Positions 18,608-28,580 of a stretch of DNA of 37,006 bases are shown here, piece after piece. Under the pieces are notes generated by a model. The model ran no database searches. It saw nothing but the letters and a program-made list of their open reading frames with translations, and was not told the origin of the DNA. Both the position numbers and the translations under genes were made by a program. Location: NCBI GenBank assembly GCA_002747955.1, contig PDQZ01000004.1:1-37006 (forward strand), given 5' to 3'. Numbering within the stretch: position 1 is the stretch's first letter; each line of letters opens with the position of its first letter. The stretch comes from Candidatus Campbellbacteria bacterium. Lineage in GTDB: Bacteria; Patescibacteriota; Minisyncoccia; Phycocordibacterales; GCA-2747955.

Positions 18608-20590
18608 TTACCACTCTAAGTAAACAATATCCTCATCATCATTGTCCGAAACATCCACATTAAAGGTCGAAGAATATTCCAAAAGTTTCTCTGGAATATC
18701 CAAAACAAAAGGACAAACTAAGTTTGTTTCGGTTCTACCGTAAACACTTCTTGTTGAACACCAAGTAATATACAAAAACTCTTTAGCTCGAGTTGCTGCC
18801 ACAAAAAACAGTCGTCTTTCTTCATCAAGTTTTTTTTGATATTCTTTTTGGTCCAAATCAGCTTGAGGGGAAAACAAAATATCTTCAGCTCCCGTTACAA
18901 AAACTGTTTTAAACTCAAGACCTTTTGAAGCATGAATTGTCATCAGTTTTACAGTGGGTTTTTTTTCTTCATCTTTTTTGGTATCAGCATCTGACATTAA
19001 AGCCACATCTTCCAAAAACTGAATAGTCGAAACTTCATTTTCAAGTCCAGAATATTTTTTGGCAAACAAAGCAAGCTCGTACATATTGGCAAGACGCTCT
19101 TGATCATCATCTGTATTTTTTTCTTCAAAAGTTTTTTGAAAACCTGATTTTTTAATCGTAAACTCAATCAAGTCTGAGATATTCAGTTTTGTAGATTGCT
19201 CTTTGATTTCTTTTAAAATCCCCAAAAACTCTTTGTAATTTTCTTTTGCTTTTTTTGGCAAATCAATATTTTCTTTGTCATTTGCGGCAAAAATTTTAAC
19301 AACAGAAGCCGGACCAATCCCTCTTTTCGGATTGTTAATCACTCTTTTTAAATCAACAAGTGAGTTTGGGTTCAAAGCGGCTTGAATATACGAAATAATA
19401 TCTTTTACTTCAGCACGATTAAAAAACTTTGTTCCAATCACTTGATAGGGAATTGAATGCTTTAACATTGCTTCTTCCAAAATACGAGATTGAAAATTTG
19501 CTCTGTATAAAACAGCAATATCATTTTCAGTTATATTTTTATTTTTCAGTTTTTCTTTAATCTCTTGTGCTACAAACTCGGCTTCTTGTTTTTCTGAAAA
19601 AGCATTGTGCAGATGGATTTTTTCGCCTTCCTGATTTTGACTAAAAAGAGATTTAGGATATCGATTTTGATTTTGCTGAATAATAAAGTCGGCCGCTTGA
19701 GTGATATTTTTTGTCGATCGATAGTTTTGCTCCATAAAAATTTTCAAAACATTTTTGTACTTTTTTTCAAAAGACAAAATGTTTTCAATATCCGACCCTC
19801 GCCAAGCGTAAATAGACTGATCGTCATCTCCCACAGCAAAAATATTTTCAGTTTCAGGATTAACCAACAAAGAAATAAGTTTGTTTTGAACTTTGTTTGT
19901 ATCTTGATATTCGTCAATGTGAATATACTGCCACTTGTTTTGATAGTGTTTTTGTATCTCTTTATTTTTTTGTAATAACAAAGTTGGAATTAAAATCAAA
20001 TCATCAAAGTCGTAGGCACCGTCTTCTGTTTTGATTTTTTCATACTCTTGCCAAATTTTAAACAAATTTTCAGCAAAAGCCGACTGAATAAATTCTGTGT
20101 TAAAGTTTTGAATAGTTAGCATTTTAGATTTGTTTTTGGAAATATATGAAACAATATTTTTGATTTCAAAATCAGCCGAATCAAGATTTAAATTTTTGAT
20201 AGCTTCTTTAACTGCTCTTGTGGTGTCTTGTTTGTCATAAATTGAAAAGTATTTTGAAATTCCAAGTTTTTGATAATTTTCCTTGATGATAAAAAGTCCC
20301 AAAGAGTGAAAGGTTGAAACAAAAGGTTCAAAACCTTGTTCTGTGATTTTAAAATTTGTTTTTGCATTTTTCAAAATTGCTTTTTGAATCCTTTGTTTCA
20401 TTTCACCGGCTGCTTTGTTTGTAAAAGTAATAGCCAAAATATTTTGTGGTAAAACTCCTTTGTTAATCAAGTTTACAATTCGAGCCGTTAAAGTCATTGT
20501 TTTTCCAGAACCTGCTGTGGCCAAAACTAAAACGGGTCCTTTTGTGGCTGCAACTGCTTTTTGTTGTTGTTTGTTAAGAGATATTTTCAT
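18608..20590 (-). CDS. pcrA: ATP-dependent DNA helicase UvrD/PcrA
   Basis: ATAGSGKT, TFTNKAA, DEYQD, VGDDDQSIY.WRG, QNYRST, TIHASKGLEF, EERRLFFVAATRA. Confidence 0.95.
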   Translation of the reverse strand: MKISLNKQQQKAVAATKGPVLVLATAGSGKTMTLTARIVNLINKGVLPQNILAITFTNKAAGEMKQRIQKAILKNAKTNFKITEQGFEPFVSTFHSLGLFIIKENYQKLGISKYFSIYDKQDTTRAVKEAIKNLNLDSADFEIKNIVSYISKNKSKMLTIQNFNTEFIQSAFAENLFKIWQEYEKIKTEDGAYDFDDLILIPTLLLQKNKEIQKHYQNKWQYIHIDEYQDTNKVQNKLISLLVNPETENIFAVGDDDQSIYAWRGSDIENILSFEKKYKNVLKIFMEQNYRSTKNITQAADFIIQQNQNRYPKSLFSQNQEGEKIHLHNAFSEKQEAEFVAQEIKEKLKNKNITENDIAVLYRANFQSRILEEAMLKHSIPYQVIGTKFFNRAEVKDIISYIQAALNPNSLVDLKRVINNPKRGIGPASVVKIFAANDKENIDLPKKAKENYKEFLGILKEIKEQSTKLNISDLIEFTIKKSGFQKTFEEKNTDDDQERLANMYELALFAKKYSGLENEVSTIQFLEDVALMSDADTKKDEEKKPTVKLMTIHASKGLEFKTVFVTGAEDILFSPQADLDQKEYQKKLDEERRLFFVAATRAKEFLYITWCSTRSVYGRTETNLVCPFVLDIPEKLLEYSSTFNVDVSDNDDEDIVYLEW

Positions 20591-20663
20591 TAAAAAGTAT
20601 TATAACATATTTTGGTTTTAATATTGAAAATATTTAAAAAACCCCCGTTTAAAAGCGAGAGTT

Positions 20664-20858
20664 TTAAATTATTTTGTTTTTTAACTTCCATAAATAATAT
20701 GGAGTTAAAATGACAATAGACAATCCAGCTTGCGCAAAAAATCCACCTAAAATAAAGGCAAATAAATTGCTCAGCCCCATTTCAACAAATATTTTTAATG
20801 AGTGTGCCCAAACACTTAGAAAAATAATTGTCAGAATTAAGAAAAATATTTTTTTCAT
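20664..20858 (-). CDS. Small membrane protein
   Basis: 64 aa, two hydrophobic segments, GGAGG upstream, hairpin downstream. Confidence 0.65.
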   Translation of the reverse strand: MKKIFFLILTIIFLSVWAHSLKIFVEMGLSNLFAFILGGFFAQAGLSIVILTPYYLWKLKNKII

Positions 20859-20955
20859 TATAAACCTCCAAAAATTTTTACTAATTTTATTATAGCATAA
20901 TTTAACTTTCTAAAAAGTTTAAAATGTTAAAAATAAAATGAAAATTAAAAAAAAC

Positions 20956-20994
20956 AAAAAACCAAAATTTGCCGAAGGCAAATTTTGGTTTTTT
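20956..20994. repeat. GAA-triloop palindrome, copy 1
   Basis: aaaaaaccaaaatttgcc-GAA-ggcaaattttggtttttt. Confidence 0.95.
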
Positions 20995-21024
20995 ATTTTT
21001 TTTAAAAAATGTTAAAATATACCC

Positions 21025-21534
21025 ATGAATGAATATAACGTATACCAAAACCAAAATAATTTTCAAAACGGATTTGAAAACCAAAACAATTTCGAAAATA
21101 ATCAAGAACAAAACAAAAACAAAAAATGTTCAAAATGGGGGAGAATTGCTGTTGTAATTTATCCGATTTTTATGTTCATAGTACTAGCATTTTATATGGA
21201 AAACTTTTCAGTAGGTCATGGGTTTGGTGCCCTTATTATGATTTTTTTCATCATAACTTTTCCTATAGGTCTAAGCTTTTTTCTTTTTTGGCCCTTGTAC
21301 ACGATAATGCCCGATCAATATGCAACGCTTGCATTTGTATTCGTTGCCACACTTTCTGTTTACGCGAACTTTGTTTTAGTTTATAAAATTGGTTATTATT
21401 TAGAAAAAAAATATAAAAAAGAAAATTTTACAAATTGTAAGTACAGTAAATTTTTTGATAAAGTCAAGCTCATAGGAACAGCTTTGTTGATTTGTTACTT
21501 TGTTATAAATTTATTACTAGCTTTAAATGCATAG
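21025..21534 (+). CDS. Hypothetical membrane protein with N/Q-rich N-terminal repeats
   Basis: NQNNF(Q/E)N repeats followed by about 4 TM segments; TGnTAAAAT just upstream. Confidence 0.75.
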   Translation: MNEYNVYQNQNNFQNGFENQNNFENNQEQNKNKKCSKWGRIAVVIYPIFMFIVLAFYMENFSVGHGFGALIMIFFIITFPIGLSFFLFWPLYTIMPDQYATLAFVFVATLSVYANFVLVYKIGYYLEKKYKKENFTNCKYSKFFDKVKLIGTALLICYFVINLLLALNA

Positions 21535-21556
21535 TAAATTTTGAAACAATATAATT

Positions 21557-21594
21557 AAAAAACCAAAATTTGCCGAAGGCAAATTTTGGTTTTT
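21557..21594. repeat. GAA-triloop palindrome, copy 2 (possible bidirectional terminator)
   Basis: 38 nt identical to 20956-20993; lies between convergent genes. Confidence 0.95.
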
Positions 21595-21606
21595 CTTTTT
21601 CAATTT

Positions 21607-21954
21607 TTATTTAGTTACTTTTTCAACAACTCTTGCAAATGCTTCTTTGTTGTTTTCTGCTAAATCAGCTAACATTTTTCTGTTAATTCCAAATTCTTTT
21701 TTATTTAATTGATCAATAAATTTTGAATATGAAATATTGTGTTCTTTCAAACCAGCTGAGATTTTAATTTGCCACAATTTTCTGAAAACTCTTTTTTTCT
21801 TTCTTCTGTGTGCAAATGCGTGTTGTCCAGCACGAATTACAGCTTGTTTTGCTTGCTTGTATTTTGTGCTTCTTGCATTTCTAAAACCTTTTGCTAATTT
21901 TAATATTTTTGTTTTTCTTTTATTTTTTAAAATTCCTCTTTTAACTCTTGTCAT
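21607..21954 (-). CDS. rplT: 50S ribosomal protein L20
   Basis: MTRVKRG...AKGF...RRKKKR.FRKLW..I....YSKF...NRKMLADLA. Confidence 0.98.
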   Translation of the reverse strand: MTRVKRGILKNKRKTKILKLAKGFRNARSTKYKQAKQAVIRAGQHAFAHRRKKKRVFRKLWQIKISAGLKEHNISYSKFIDQLNKKEFGINRKMLADLAENNKEAFARVVEKVTK

Positions 21955-22033
21955 TGTATTTTTAATTAAACTCGGTCATCTGCTTTGAAACAGGAACCCA
22001 GAGATTTATAATATTTATTTTAAATAATTTAAA

Positions 22034-22219
22034 TTATTTTTTTGGCAAAAATCTTGATTTAATTTTTGCAGTCAATGTAACAGCAACATCTTTTTTCTTT
22101 GCCATTTTTGATTTATTGCTTTCTTTTGAATTAAAGTGATTTCTTCCTGCCGCTCTTCTTTTTACTTTTCCGTTTTTTGTCAACTTTAATCTTTTTGTCA
22201 GTGATTTATTTGTTTTCAT
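22034..22219 (-). CDS. rpmI: 50S ribosomal protein L35
   Basis: MKTNKS..KR.KLT..GK......H; internal ATG at 22219; between infC and rplT. Confidence 0.93.
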   Translation of the reverse strand: MKTNKSLTKRLKLTKNGKVKRRAAGRNHFNSKESNKSKMAKKKDVAVTLTAKIKSRFLPKK

Positions 22220-22871
22220 TTTCTTCTTTGTTATTTGTATTATCAACTTTTGCTTTTTCTTTATTTTCTTTTTCGGCTTGTTTCTTTTCAAACTCTTCAA
22301 TGTCTTTCTTTGAACCTTTTTCTAAAAATAAAGTTAAACCTTTGGGGCTTTTTTTAGGACCGTCTGATATTTTGTAAGGAACAGTTACAAGTTTTAGAAT
22401 TCTTTTAAGTCTTTCTTCTAGAAATTCTTTGTCTAAATACTTTACCCTTCCTCTCAAAAATAAATCAAGTTTTACTCGGTCTCCGTCTTTTAACCATTTT
22501 GAGATATTTTTAGCCTTCAAAATCAAATCTCCTTCTCCTGTTCCAACTTTCACTTGAATATTTTTAGTCTCAGTTGTTTTTTGTTTTGCTTTTGACTCTT
22601 TCTGTTTCTTTTTTTGATCATAAAGATACTTACCGTAGTCAGCAATCATAACTAAAACAGGTTTTGATTTTGCAGACACTTCAACCAAGTCAAGTTCCAT
22701 CTCCTGAGCTTTTAAAAAAGCTTCTTTTGAAGACATGATCCCCATGTTTTCTTTTTCAGGACCTAAAACTCGAACCTCGTTGTATCTGATTTGGTCATTG
22801 ATACGAATTCTTGGTTCGTATTTCTTTTTTCTGTTTATTTTTTTTCCCACAATATTTGATAATTTAGACAT
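22206..22871 (-). CDS. infC: Translation initiation factor IF-3 (start uncertain)
   Basis: RINDQIR...VRVLG...DLVEV...DYGKYLY...GDRVK..L.LRGR. Confidence 0.95.
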   Translation of the reverse strand: MSKLSNIVGKKINRKKKYEPRIRINDQIRYNEVRVLGPEKENMGIMSSKEAFLKAQEMELDLVEVSAKSKPVLVMIADYGKYLYDQKKKQKESKAKQKTTETKNIQVKVGTGEGDLILKAKNISKWLKDGDRVKLDLFLRGRVKYLDKEFLEERLKRILKLVTVPYKISDGPKKSPKGLTLFLEKGSKKDIEEFEKKQAEKENKEKAKVDNTNNKEENENK

Positions 22872-22937
22872 ATTTATAACATATTTTTGGCTTTTTTTCA
22901 ATATGTAAAAAATAAAAAAATCTGATAAAATGTGGGT

Positions 22938-23354
22938 ATGAAACAAAACACAGAAAAAAGTATTTTTGAAAAAATTGTAGACAGAGAAATTCCAGCAACA
23001 ATTTTATATGAAAACGATAAATACATGGCATTTTTAGATGCTTTTCCTTTTGAAAAAGGGCATTTGTTGGTTATTCCAAAAAAAAGATATATTCACGTTT
23101 GGGACATGCCAGAAGATGAATATTTAGAATTACAAAAAATAGTTTTAAAATTTGCTAAAAAAATTCGCCAAGAATTTAACTGTGGTTTAAATATTTTGCA
23201 AAACAATCAAAAAATCGCAGGGCAAATGGTTGATCATCTGCATTTTCACTTAATCCCAAGAGTCGAAGACAAAGATATTTACACCCACCCAAAACCTTTT
23301 GAATATTCAGAAGAAGACAAAAAAGAATTACAAAACATTTTAAAAATTGATTAA
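22938..23354 (+). CDS. HIT family nucleotide-binding protein
   Basis: IFEKIV..EIP, GHLLVIPK, GQMVDHLHFHLIPR. Confidence 0.93.
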   Translation: MKQNTEKSIFEKIVDREIPATILYENDKYMAFLDAFPFEKGHLLVIPKKRYIHVWDMPEDEYLELQKIVLKFAKKIRQEFNCGLNILQNNQKIAGQMVDHLHFHLIPRVEDKDIYTHPKPFEYSEEDKKELQNILKID

Positions 23355-23363
23355 AATGTCGAT

Positions 23364-23442
23364 CTTGACCCAGGCAAGGCCTGGGTCAAGGTTTTTAAAA
23401 AGCCCGATTTTGACAAACGCACCCACGCAGTCAAAATCGAGC
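23364..23442. repeat. Two hairpins between convergent genes
   Basis: cttgacccaggc-AAG-gcctgggtcaag (23364-23390); gcccgattttgac..gtcaaaatcgagc (23402-23442). Confidence 0.85.
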
Positions 23443-23449
23443 CTTGTTT

Positions 23450-25030
23450 TTATTCCTCAAAATCTTCAATTTCAAACTGATTTTCAATATTTTCTTTATG
23501 ATTTAAAATTTTGTAGACAAACAAAATGATAATAATGATTAACTGAAAAGAAATAAAAATAATTAAAAACAAATTTTCTTTCCAAAAACTTCCTTGATTT
23601 TCATTTTGTTCCAAAACAGTTTTTTGATAACCATTTTTTTCAGCGTCTTGAATTAAATTATCAATGCTTTGTATATCCTGTTCCAACTCTTCTTTGATAT
23701 TTTTATTTTCAGTCACTTTTTCTTCAATATCTCCATTTTTATTTTCAAAATTTTCTTTTTGAGTTGTTCTTTGCACATAAGGTTTATAAATTTGAGCTTT
23801 TTGGAAACTCTTTTTCTTTTTTTCTTTTTGTTCAATTTTCAACTCTTCAATCTTTTTTTGTTTTTCCAAAATTTCTTTTTTAACTTGATTATAGAAATTA
23901 TATCTAAAAAAGTTTTTCCCATCAGGGTAGTTTAAAAAAACATTTTGGTTTTTTGAAAATTCAAGCCAAGTGATTTTTTTTGGAAAGATGATTTTTCCAA
24001 AAGCGTTAATGTAAGTTTTTTCGGGAATGGAAAATTTATTTTTGCCAGAAGCAATCTGCCAACCTGACAAATCTAAAATATATTCTGAATTATTTTTAAT
24101 TTCAACAAAGTGGTTTTGGTAATCAACTTTTGAAATTTCAAGTTTAGGCTCAATTACTTTGATTTTTATAACTCCGTTTATTTGCTTTTCTTTATTTAAG
24201 ACCTCAACGTTTACAATATACTCTCCTGGAAAATCGTATTGATAATGAAAACTTTTTCCACGCATAGTGTCTCCGTTTCCCATTGACCAAACAATGTCAT
24301 TTTTTTCTAAATTTTCTTTTTTCAAGCCCGATAAATACAAGTCAAAACGAGTTTCAGTTTTGGGAAGTAAAATTCCCGTTTGGTCAATTCCAACTTTGAT
24401 AGATTTTTTACTTGATTTTCTTTTTTCAATTTTCTTTTCTTTGGTTTCGTCTACTTCGAAACTTCCGTTGTCAGAGCTTGTGCTGTCAGAACTGTTTTGA
24501 TTTTCGTTATCATTCGATGAGTTTGAAATTTCTTTGGCAATATTTTCAGAACCAAGAGTGTTTTGGGAGTTTTGCCAAGTGTTGTCGACAAGAGAAATGG
24601 TGTCAGAAGTTCCATTTCCACCCATTGACTTTGAGTATTCAACCTCATCTGAAATTTTACCGTTTTGATTTTTTAAAATCAGTTTTTCACCCTTGTTTGA
24701 TAAAGAAAAAGACGATTTTATAACATTGTCTGAAAAAGTAGAAACTTCGTAATATTTTTCAATCGAGGATGTGATAGCTGCAAACGAGTTTGGAGCAATT
24801 AAAACATTACCGCCCTGAATTTCTGGTTTTAAAAGATGGCATTTTGTATTTTCACAAAATCTCCAGTCTGACAGATCAATATTTTGACCCGAAGTGTTGT
24901 ATATTTCGATCCACTCATAACCCGTATCAGAACCTTCTGGGTTGTACATTATTTCAGAAAAGATAACTTGTCCTAAAACTAAACTTGGAGTAAATAGAAC
25001 AAAAGTTAAAGATAGAAATATTTTTCTCAT
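23450..25030 (-). CDS. Secreted lamin-tail-domain (LTD) plus PKD protein with C-terminal TM anchor
   Basis: Signal peptide, IFSEIMYNP.G.D..EWIEIYN...DLSDW, PKD WSMGNG...H.Y..PG.Y.V, second LTD-like VEIKN...DLSGW. Confidence 0.85.
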   Translation of the reverse strand: MRKIFLSLTFVLFTPSLVLGQVIFSEIMYNPEGSDTGYEWIEIYNTSGQNIDLSDWRFCENTKCHLLKPEIQGGNVLIAPNSFAAITSSIEKYYEVSTFSDNVIKSSFSLSNKGEKLILKNQNGKISDEVEYSKSMGGNGTSDTISLVDNTWQNSQNTLGSENIAKEISNSSNDNENQNSSDSTSSDNGSFEVDETKEKKIEKRKSSKKSIKVGIDQTGILLPKTETRFDLYLSGLKKENLEKNDIVWSMGNGDTMRGKSFHYQYDFPGEYIVNVEVLNKEKQINGVIKIKVIEPKLEISKVDYQNHFVEIKNNSEYILDLSGWQIASGKNKFSIPEKTYINAFGKIIFPKKITWLEFSKNQNVFLNYPDGKNFFRYNFYNQVKKEILEKQKKIEELKIEQKEKKKKSFQKAQIYKPYVQRTTQKENFENKNGDIEEKVTENKNIKEELEQDIQSIDNLIQDAEKNGYQKTVLEQNENQGSFWKENLFLIIFISFQLIIIIILFVYKILNHKENIENQFEIEDFEE

Positions 25031-25095
25031 AAATTAAATATAATATTTAAAAAGTAAAAGTCAAGGGTTGGTTTTATAACGGAGATTTGTGAAAA

Positions 25096-25128
25096 ACCTT
25101 TGTGACAGGCAAGGCCTGTCACAAAGGT
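25096..25128. repeat. CAGGC-AAG-GCCTG palindrome
   Basis: acctttgtgacaggc-AAG-gcctgtcacaaaggt; partial right-arm duplicate at 25129-25140. Confidence 0.9.
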
Positions 25129-25208
25129 CTGTCACAAGGTTTTTTAATTTAAACTTTTACACATAAAAAAACCTTTTACTTTTGTGTTTTTTCTGATAAA
25201 ATGAACTT

Positions 25209-28200
25209 ATGAAAAAAATAATATATAGTGCAATCTTTTTACTAAGTTTTTTAGTATTAAATACAGTTTCAGCGTCAACTGGTGAGACGATTCGTGTTCA
25301 AAATTATAATGGAGAAGGACCAGAAGAGTTTTTTGTGTCTTTGAGTATGCCAGGAGTTTGGTCAGAAGATGTTAAAAACGAAGGAATAATGTTTACAGAA
25401 GATGTTTATAAAGCAGGACTTTTTGGTACAGGTGAAGATAATGACATGTTTAGAATTGTTAATCTAGAAGGTGGTGGAGCAAAACTTTTACCAAAAGAAA
25501 AATACAATGAAGACAAAAAAATCAAAATAAAAGTCTGGTTGGCAAAAAAAGAGTTAACCTTTGAAGGTGGAGAAAGAAAATTTCAATATTCAACAGCTTA
25601 CAAACACCCAACTCCAATTATTTTAACTGTTCCTAAAATAACAGATACAACTGGTCCGGAAGTTGTTTTAAAAGAGATTACTAAAGGATCAGGACAAAAT
25701 CAAGTTAAGATTGTTAAAAGAGTGGGAAACAATTATGTTGTTGAAAATAATATATATACGTCAACTGATGAAGCAGATGGCGCTGATTATGCAAATCAAG
25801 AAAATAAACTAAAAGAAATTTTAAAAAAAGAAAATATTATTAAATCTTGTAAAGACACAGAAGACGGAAAAGATTATAAAAATGACGCATACACATTTCC
25901 AGTAAATCCTTGGGAGGCTGTTGCTAATGCTCCTGACAATACAAATTTAACAATTAGATATTCTTGTAAAGATGATGCTGGTAACGTTGGTTCTGTAAAT
26001 TTGATTTTTAAAAAAGGAAGGGTCCCAGACCAAGAACCACCTAAAATTAAATTCACATCTCACCAAGAAGATGGAGGTCTTTTTAAAGTATCATATGGAC
26101 TTGAGAGATTAGAACCTGGAGTTTCTTGTTTTGATGATTATGATAATGAAAACAAAGATGTGATGGGGGAGAACTTTAGAGTAAAGATGCCAGGTGAACC
26201 TTCTTTTACAAATACGACATCTCTTACAAGTGTTCTTAAATTTACATCTCAAAATCCAAAACCAGCGGAAGGTACAGAATACCAAATTGATTACTATTGT
26301 AAAGACAAAAAAGGTTTACAATCTGAAAAAATCACTAGAACCGTGCGAATTGTATCAGACAAAGATATAGCACCTCCAACAATTAGTAAGAAAAACAAAA
26401 TTTCTTTAAACCAAGGTGAAACTTTTGTTTGTGCAGAATTTTTCAGTTGTATAGACAACTTTTTAGGACAATCAATTGATTTGACAAATGATAAATTAAG
26501 TTGTAGTGTTGATCAGCCATCAGGTGTTAATATTAACAATGTAACATCTAGTCCAGGGGAAAAAGTAATTAAAGCAACTTGTAAAGACGACGCAGGTAAC
26601 GATGCAATCCCTAAATACAAAGAAATCAAGGTTCACTCTACAAGTTCTATAACAAAACTTGAACTTTCAAGAACAAGAGTTATGGCTGGAATGCCGGTAG
26701 GATACATAGTTGGAGACATAATTACAGAAGGAATTTCTGCTGAATCTGAAAAATTTACTCTTTCAGGGGAAGATTCAGATTACTTTAGAATTGATGGTAG
26801 AAGCTTGGTTCTTCAAAGAGAACTTGGATCAGAAGAAAGTTTAAGTCAACAACAAGAAAGTTCTGGAAACATTTCAGACAATGTATATAACATAAAGATT
26901 AAGGTTGAATCTCAAGCAGATTCAAATGTGTACAGAGAAGAAGAGTTTGAAATTAGAGTTTTCCAACCCCAAATGGTAACGGGAAGAAACGGTGCTGGCA
27001 CACCAAATTCAGACAGCAATAGATGTAAAGGTTGGGCCTGGTCTTCAAATGTGGGTTGGTTAAGTTTAAACTGTACAAATACTTCAAGTTGTAATTATTA
27101 TCAAGATGATGGTGGTGTAAACTACGGAGTAGATTTTGATGACAGTACAGGAGACCTAAAAGGCTATGCTTGGTCACCAAATGTGGGTTGGCTAAAAATG
27201 GGAGGAAATGGTGCAAAAATTAGTTTAACAAGCGGAAATATTTCTGGCGCATCATATTTTGAAAATAAAAATGATCCTGGCGCAGGACCTTGGGAAGAAG
27301 GGGGTATTAAATATTCAGGGGCAAATTATGTTGTGAAAAGAAATACTAACACAAAAAAACTTAAAGGTTGTGCTTGGGGAGGAACAGCAGTAGGTTGGAT
27401 GTGTTTTTCAAATCCAAACGGGTCAAGATTACCAAAATTAACTTCTTCAGAACAAGAAGCAAAATGTAGTGGAATTAGAATGGTTTTTGATTCTGTTAAA
27501 AGAATAAACCCTGCTACAAACACATATGAAGATGGTTTGACACGAGAAACTCAAATAAAAAACTATAATGGTAAAAAAATTGCTAAATTTAAAATTACGG
27601 CAAGTGGAGTAGAGTCTTGTACTCCAAGAGACGGAACAGAAAAGTGGAGACAAACTGATTTGACCTCAAAAATAAGTGGTGGAAAAATTGATCATGAATT
27701 AGAAATTGATGATTTAGAAAAAAGTACAAGCTTTAGTTTAGAGTGTAAAAATGGTGGTGATGTTGAAATAAGAAATTTGTTCTTGATTGTCGCACCAGAT
27801 GGTCCTAAAATCAAATTTACAGTAAGTGATACAGCCGCTCCTTTAAATTCAAAAGTAAATTTGGATTGGAAGGCTGAAAATGTTTCAGAATGTATTGCAA
27901 CATCTGGAGGTCAAAGTAACAATGACAGTGGCTGGGCTGGACATCAAATAGATGTAAATGGTGGAAAAGCAATAGGTAGTTGGGAGACACAACCGCTAGG
28001 TGTAGAAGCTGATTATTTGTTTGTTCTTTCTTGTAGATCAAATAATCCAAGTGTTTATGGGTATAATTATTATTCAGCATCTAGAGTAGTTAAAGTTTCA
28101 GGTCTAGGAGTTAAAATTGAAGCCTTAACAAATCCTGTACCATTCAACCACCCAATTAAATTGAAAATGACTTCAACATATGCTGAAAAGTGTAAAGGAT

Positions 28201-28541
28201 ATATTTTGGATCCTATAAATAAGACAAGAAAAATTACTGACATTGATCATCATCCATATAGTGATGTTAATTATAAAGAATTTAAAGATTATAGAAATGG
28301 CGGAAAAGTTTGTGCAGATTCTGTTGGTGGATGTGCTACAGATGGTGGATACTGGTTTGAAAGAAGTCCAGAAAATTATGACTATGAAGATATTAAAGAG
28401 TTTACTTCTAAACCGATTACAGAAGAAGGTAAATATTTGTTTAAATACGAATGTTCACCAATTACAGGTACTGGAAATCAAAATAAATCAGATGAAGTTA
28501 TGATAAATGTTATGAAGGTTCCTACTTATATTGAAGTTTAA
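25209..28541 (+). CDS. Large secreted Cys-rich surface protein with Ig-like repeats, a cadherin-like domain and GWAWS repeats
   Basis: Signal peptide; three D..(G/P)P...C.D...C.D..G units; GWAWSSNVGW/GYAWSPNVGW/GCAWGGTAVGW. Confidence 0.85.
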   Translation: MKKIIYSAIFLLSFLVLNTVSASTGETIRVQNYNGEGPEEFFVSLSMPGVWSEDVKNEGIMFTEDVYKAGLFGTGEDNDMFRIVNLEGGGAKLLPKEKYNEDKKIKIKVWLAKKELTFEGGERKFQYSTAYKHPTPIILTVPKITDTTGPEVVLKEITKGSGQNQVKIVKRVGNNYVVENNIYTSTDEADGADYANQENKLKEILKKENIIKSCKDTEDGKDYKNDAYTFPVNPWEAVANAPDNTNLTIRYSCKDDAGNVGSVNLIFKKGRVPDQEPPKIKFTSHQEDGGLFKVSYGLERLEPGVSCFDDYDNENKDVMGENFRVKMPGEPSFTNTTSLTSVLKFTSQNPKPAEGTEYQIDYYCKDKKGLQSEKITRTVRIVSDKDIAPPTISKKNKISLNQGETFVCAEFFSCIDNFLGQSIDLTNDKLSCSVDQPSGVNINNVTSSPGEKVIKATCKDDAGNDAIPKYKEIKVHSTSSITKLELSRTRVMAGMPVGYIVGDIITEGISAESEKFTLSGEDSDYFRIDGRSLVLQRELGSEESLSQQQESSGNISDNVYNIKIKVESQADSNVYREEEFEIRVFQPQMVTGRNGAGTPNSDSNRCKGWAWSSNVGWLSLNCTNTSSCNYYQDDGGVNYGVDFDDSTGDLKGYAWSPNVGWLKMGGNGAKISLTSGNISGASYFENKNDPGAGPWEEGGIKYSGANYVVKRNTNTKKLKGCAWGGTAVGWMCFSNPNGSRLPKLTSSEQEAKCSGIRMVFDSVKRINPATNTYEDGLTRETQIKNYNGKKIAKFKITASGVESCTPRDGTEKWRQTDLTSKISGGKIDHELEIDDLEKSTSFSLECKNGGDVEIRNLFLIVAPDGPKIKFTVSDTAAPLNSKVNLDWKAENVSECIATSGGQSNNDSGWAGHQIDVNGGKAIGSWETQPLGVEADYLFVLSCRSNNPSVYGYNYYSASRVVKVSGLGVKIEALTNPVPFNHPIKLKMTSTYAEKCKGYILDPINKTRKITDIDHHPYSDVNYKEFKDYRNGGKVCADSVGGCATDGGYWFERSPENYDYEDIKEFTSKPITEEGKYLFKYECSPITGTGNQNKSDEVMINVMKVPTYIEV

Positions 28542-28580
28542 AAATAAAAAACACCGTAAGGTGTTTTTTGTTTTTTAAAT

